64,000 nt of DNA, taken from contig OZ336877.1 of assembly GCA_965287045.1 (NCBI GenBank), positions 11,222,001 through 11,286,000 on the forward strand, in the 5' to 3' direction. Below the pieces are notes generated by a model, which made no database searches, was not told where the DNA came from, and was given only the letters and a program-made list of their open reading frames with translations. A program made the position numbers and the translations under genes. The stretch is from Carcharhinus amblyrhynchos. Its lineage: Eukaryota. Shown here piece by piece: positions 63,045 through 64,000 of this stretch; the first letter of the stretch is position 1; every line of letters starts with the position of its first letter.

Positions 63045-63754
63045 CCCTAGACCCAACTGAGGAGAGAAAACCAGGGTGTGTGAAACTTTGTGCCTTGAAG
63101 CCTCACTTTGAAGCTTCTATGACTAATTTCTAAATGCCGTGCGCTAGAGCTCAGGAAGAGAGGGAGATTATTGAACAGTGTGTTACTGCACTGAACCCTG
63201 TGAGTTAGGTCAACCAACGGATGATCTCACCAGGGATTGTATTAAGTACAAGAAATCCATCTACTGGAAGAAGCAAAACTTACTTTTAAGCAGGCTATTA
63301 ATATGTAGAGAAATCCTGAGGTGACTAATCACCAGCTGAAGAATTTTGATGGGGGAGCTGATGAGGCTTTGCACTCTGCTGGAGGCTTGCAGTCCAAGCA
63401 TAAGTCAGTGATAAAAGGCTGATACTCGAACTGCAGAGGGCACATTCGCTGTACATACACTCACAGTGCCTGTGATGTCATTGCCAAAGATGCCACAGCT
63501 AGTTGCCTACATTTGTAACTTCCAGTAGTGTAAAGATATTTTAACAAGTGCAACACCGATAAAATGTGTTTTTTTTCACATGTTTCTCTGATGTGTAGAG
63601 TCTTAAATTAAGTGTGATCTCACTCTAATAGGTTGATAGCATGGTTAAGGATTGCGGTTTTCATCGAATATAGATCCCCAGTTAACATTCCTGGGATGCC
63701 ATGTAATAAAATTGTGTTTTTACCTCATTGTCTCACTGGCCACTCTGCTCCCAA

Positions 63755-64000
63755 CACCTCACTGCCTCCTACTCACTGTCTTCCTCCCACTCACTGTCCT
63801 CCTCCCTCACTCCCTCCCACTCACCGTCCTCCTCCCTCACTCCCTCCCGATCACTGTCCTCCTCCTTCACTTACTCCCACTCACCACCCTCCTCTCTCAC
63901 TCCCTCCCACTCACCGTACTCCTCCTTCATTCCCTCCCACTCACCATACTCCTCCCTCCCTCCCACTCACTGTCCTCCTCCCTCACTCCCTCCCACTCAC
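63755..64000. repeat. Pyrimidine-rich minisatellite, about 30-bp unit CCTCACTCCCTCCCACTCACCGTCCTCCTC, running off the window
   Basis: About 8 visible tandem units. Confidence 0.93.

Noticed and set aside
1-64000. CRISPR arrays, rRNA, prokaryotic operons or viral genes
   Set aside because: None seen; the sequence is eukaryotic, TE-rich intronic or intergenic DNA.

Overview
Repeat-dense vertebrate genomic DNA. The repeat complement (HE1-like V-domain SINEs, a Deu-domain SINE, many CR1/HER1-like LINE 3' ends) points to an elasmobranch, probably a shark; this is inference. No host gene is confidently identified, and nearly all ORFs in the track are transposon fragments, their antisense frames or microsatellite artefacts. 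Recognisable elements are CR1, a second CR1-group (L2/Crack-like) LINE, Rex1/Babar, RTE and Tx1 LINEs, Penelope-like termini with decayed hammerhead ribozymes, a fragmented Gypsy element, solo LTRs, PIF/Harbinger remnants (HARBI1-like transposase and Myb/SANT genes), and hAT and Tourist-like MITEs. The oddest features are a repeat-spacer-like array of LTR-end plus primer-binding-site units (62480-63044), two frame-symmetric plus-strand exon candidates each with one in-frame TGA, a perfect 22-bp hairpin, and several orphan exon candidates. Element boundaries were read by eye and are approximate unless a TSD or TIR is quoted.
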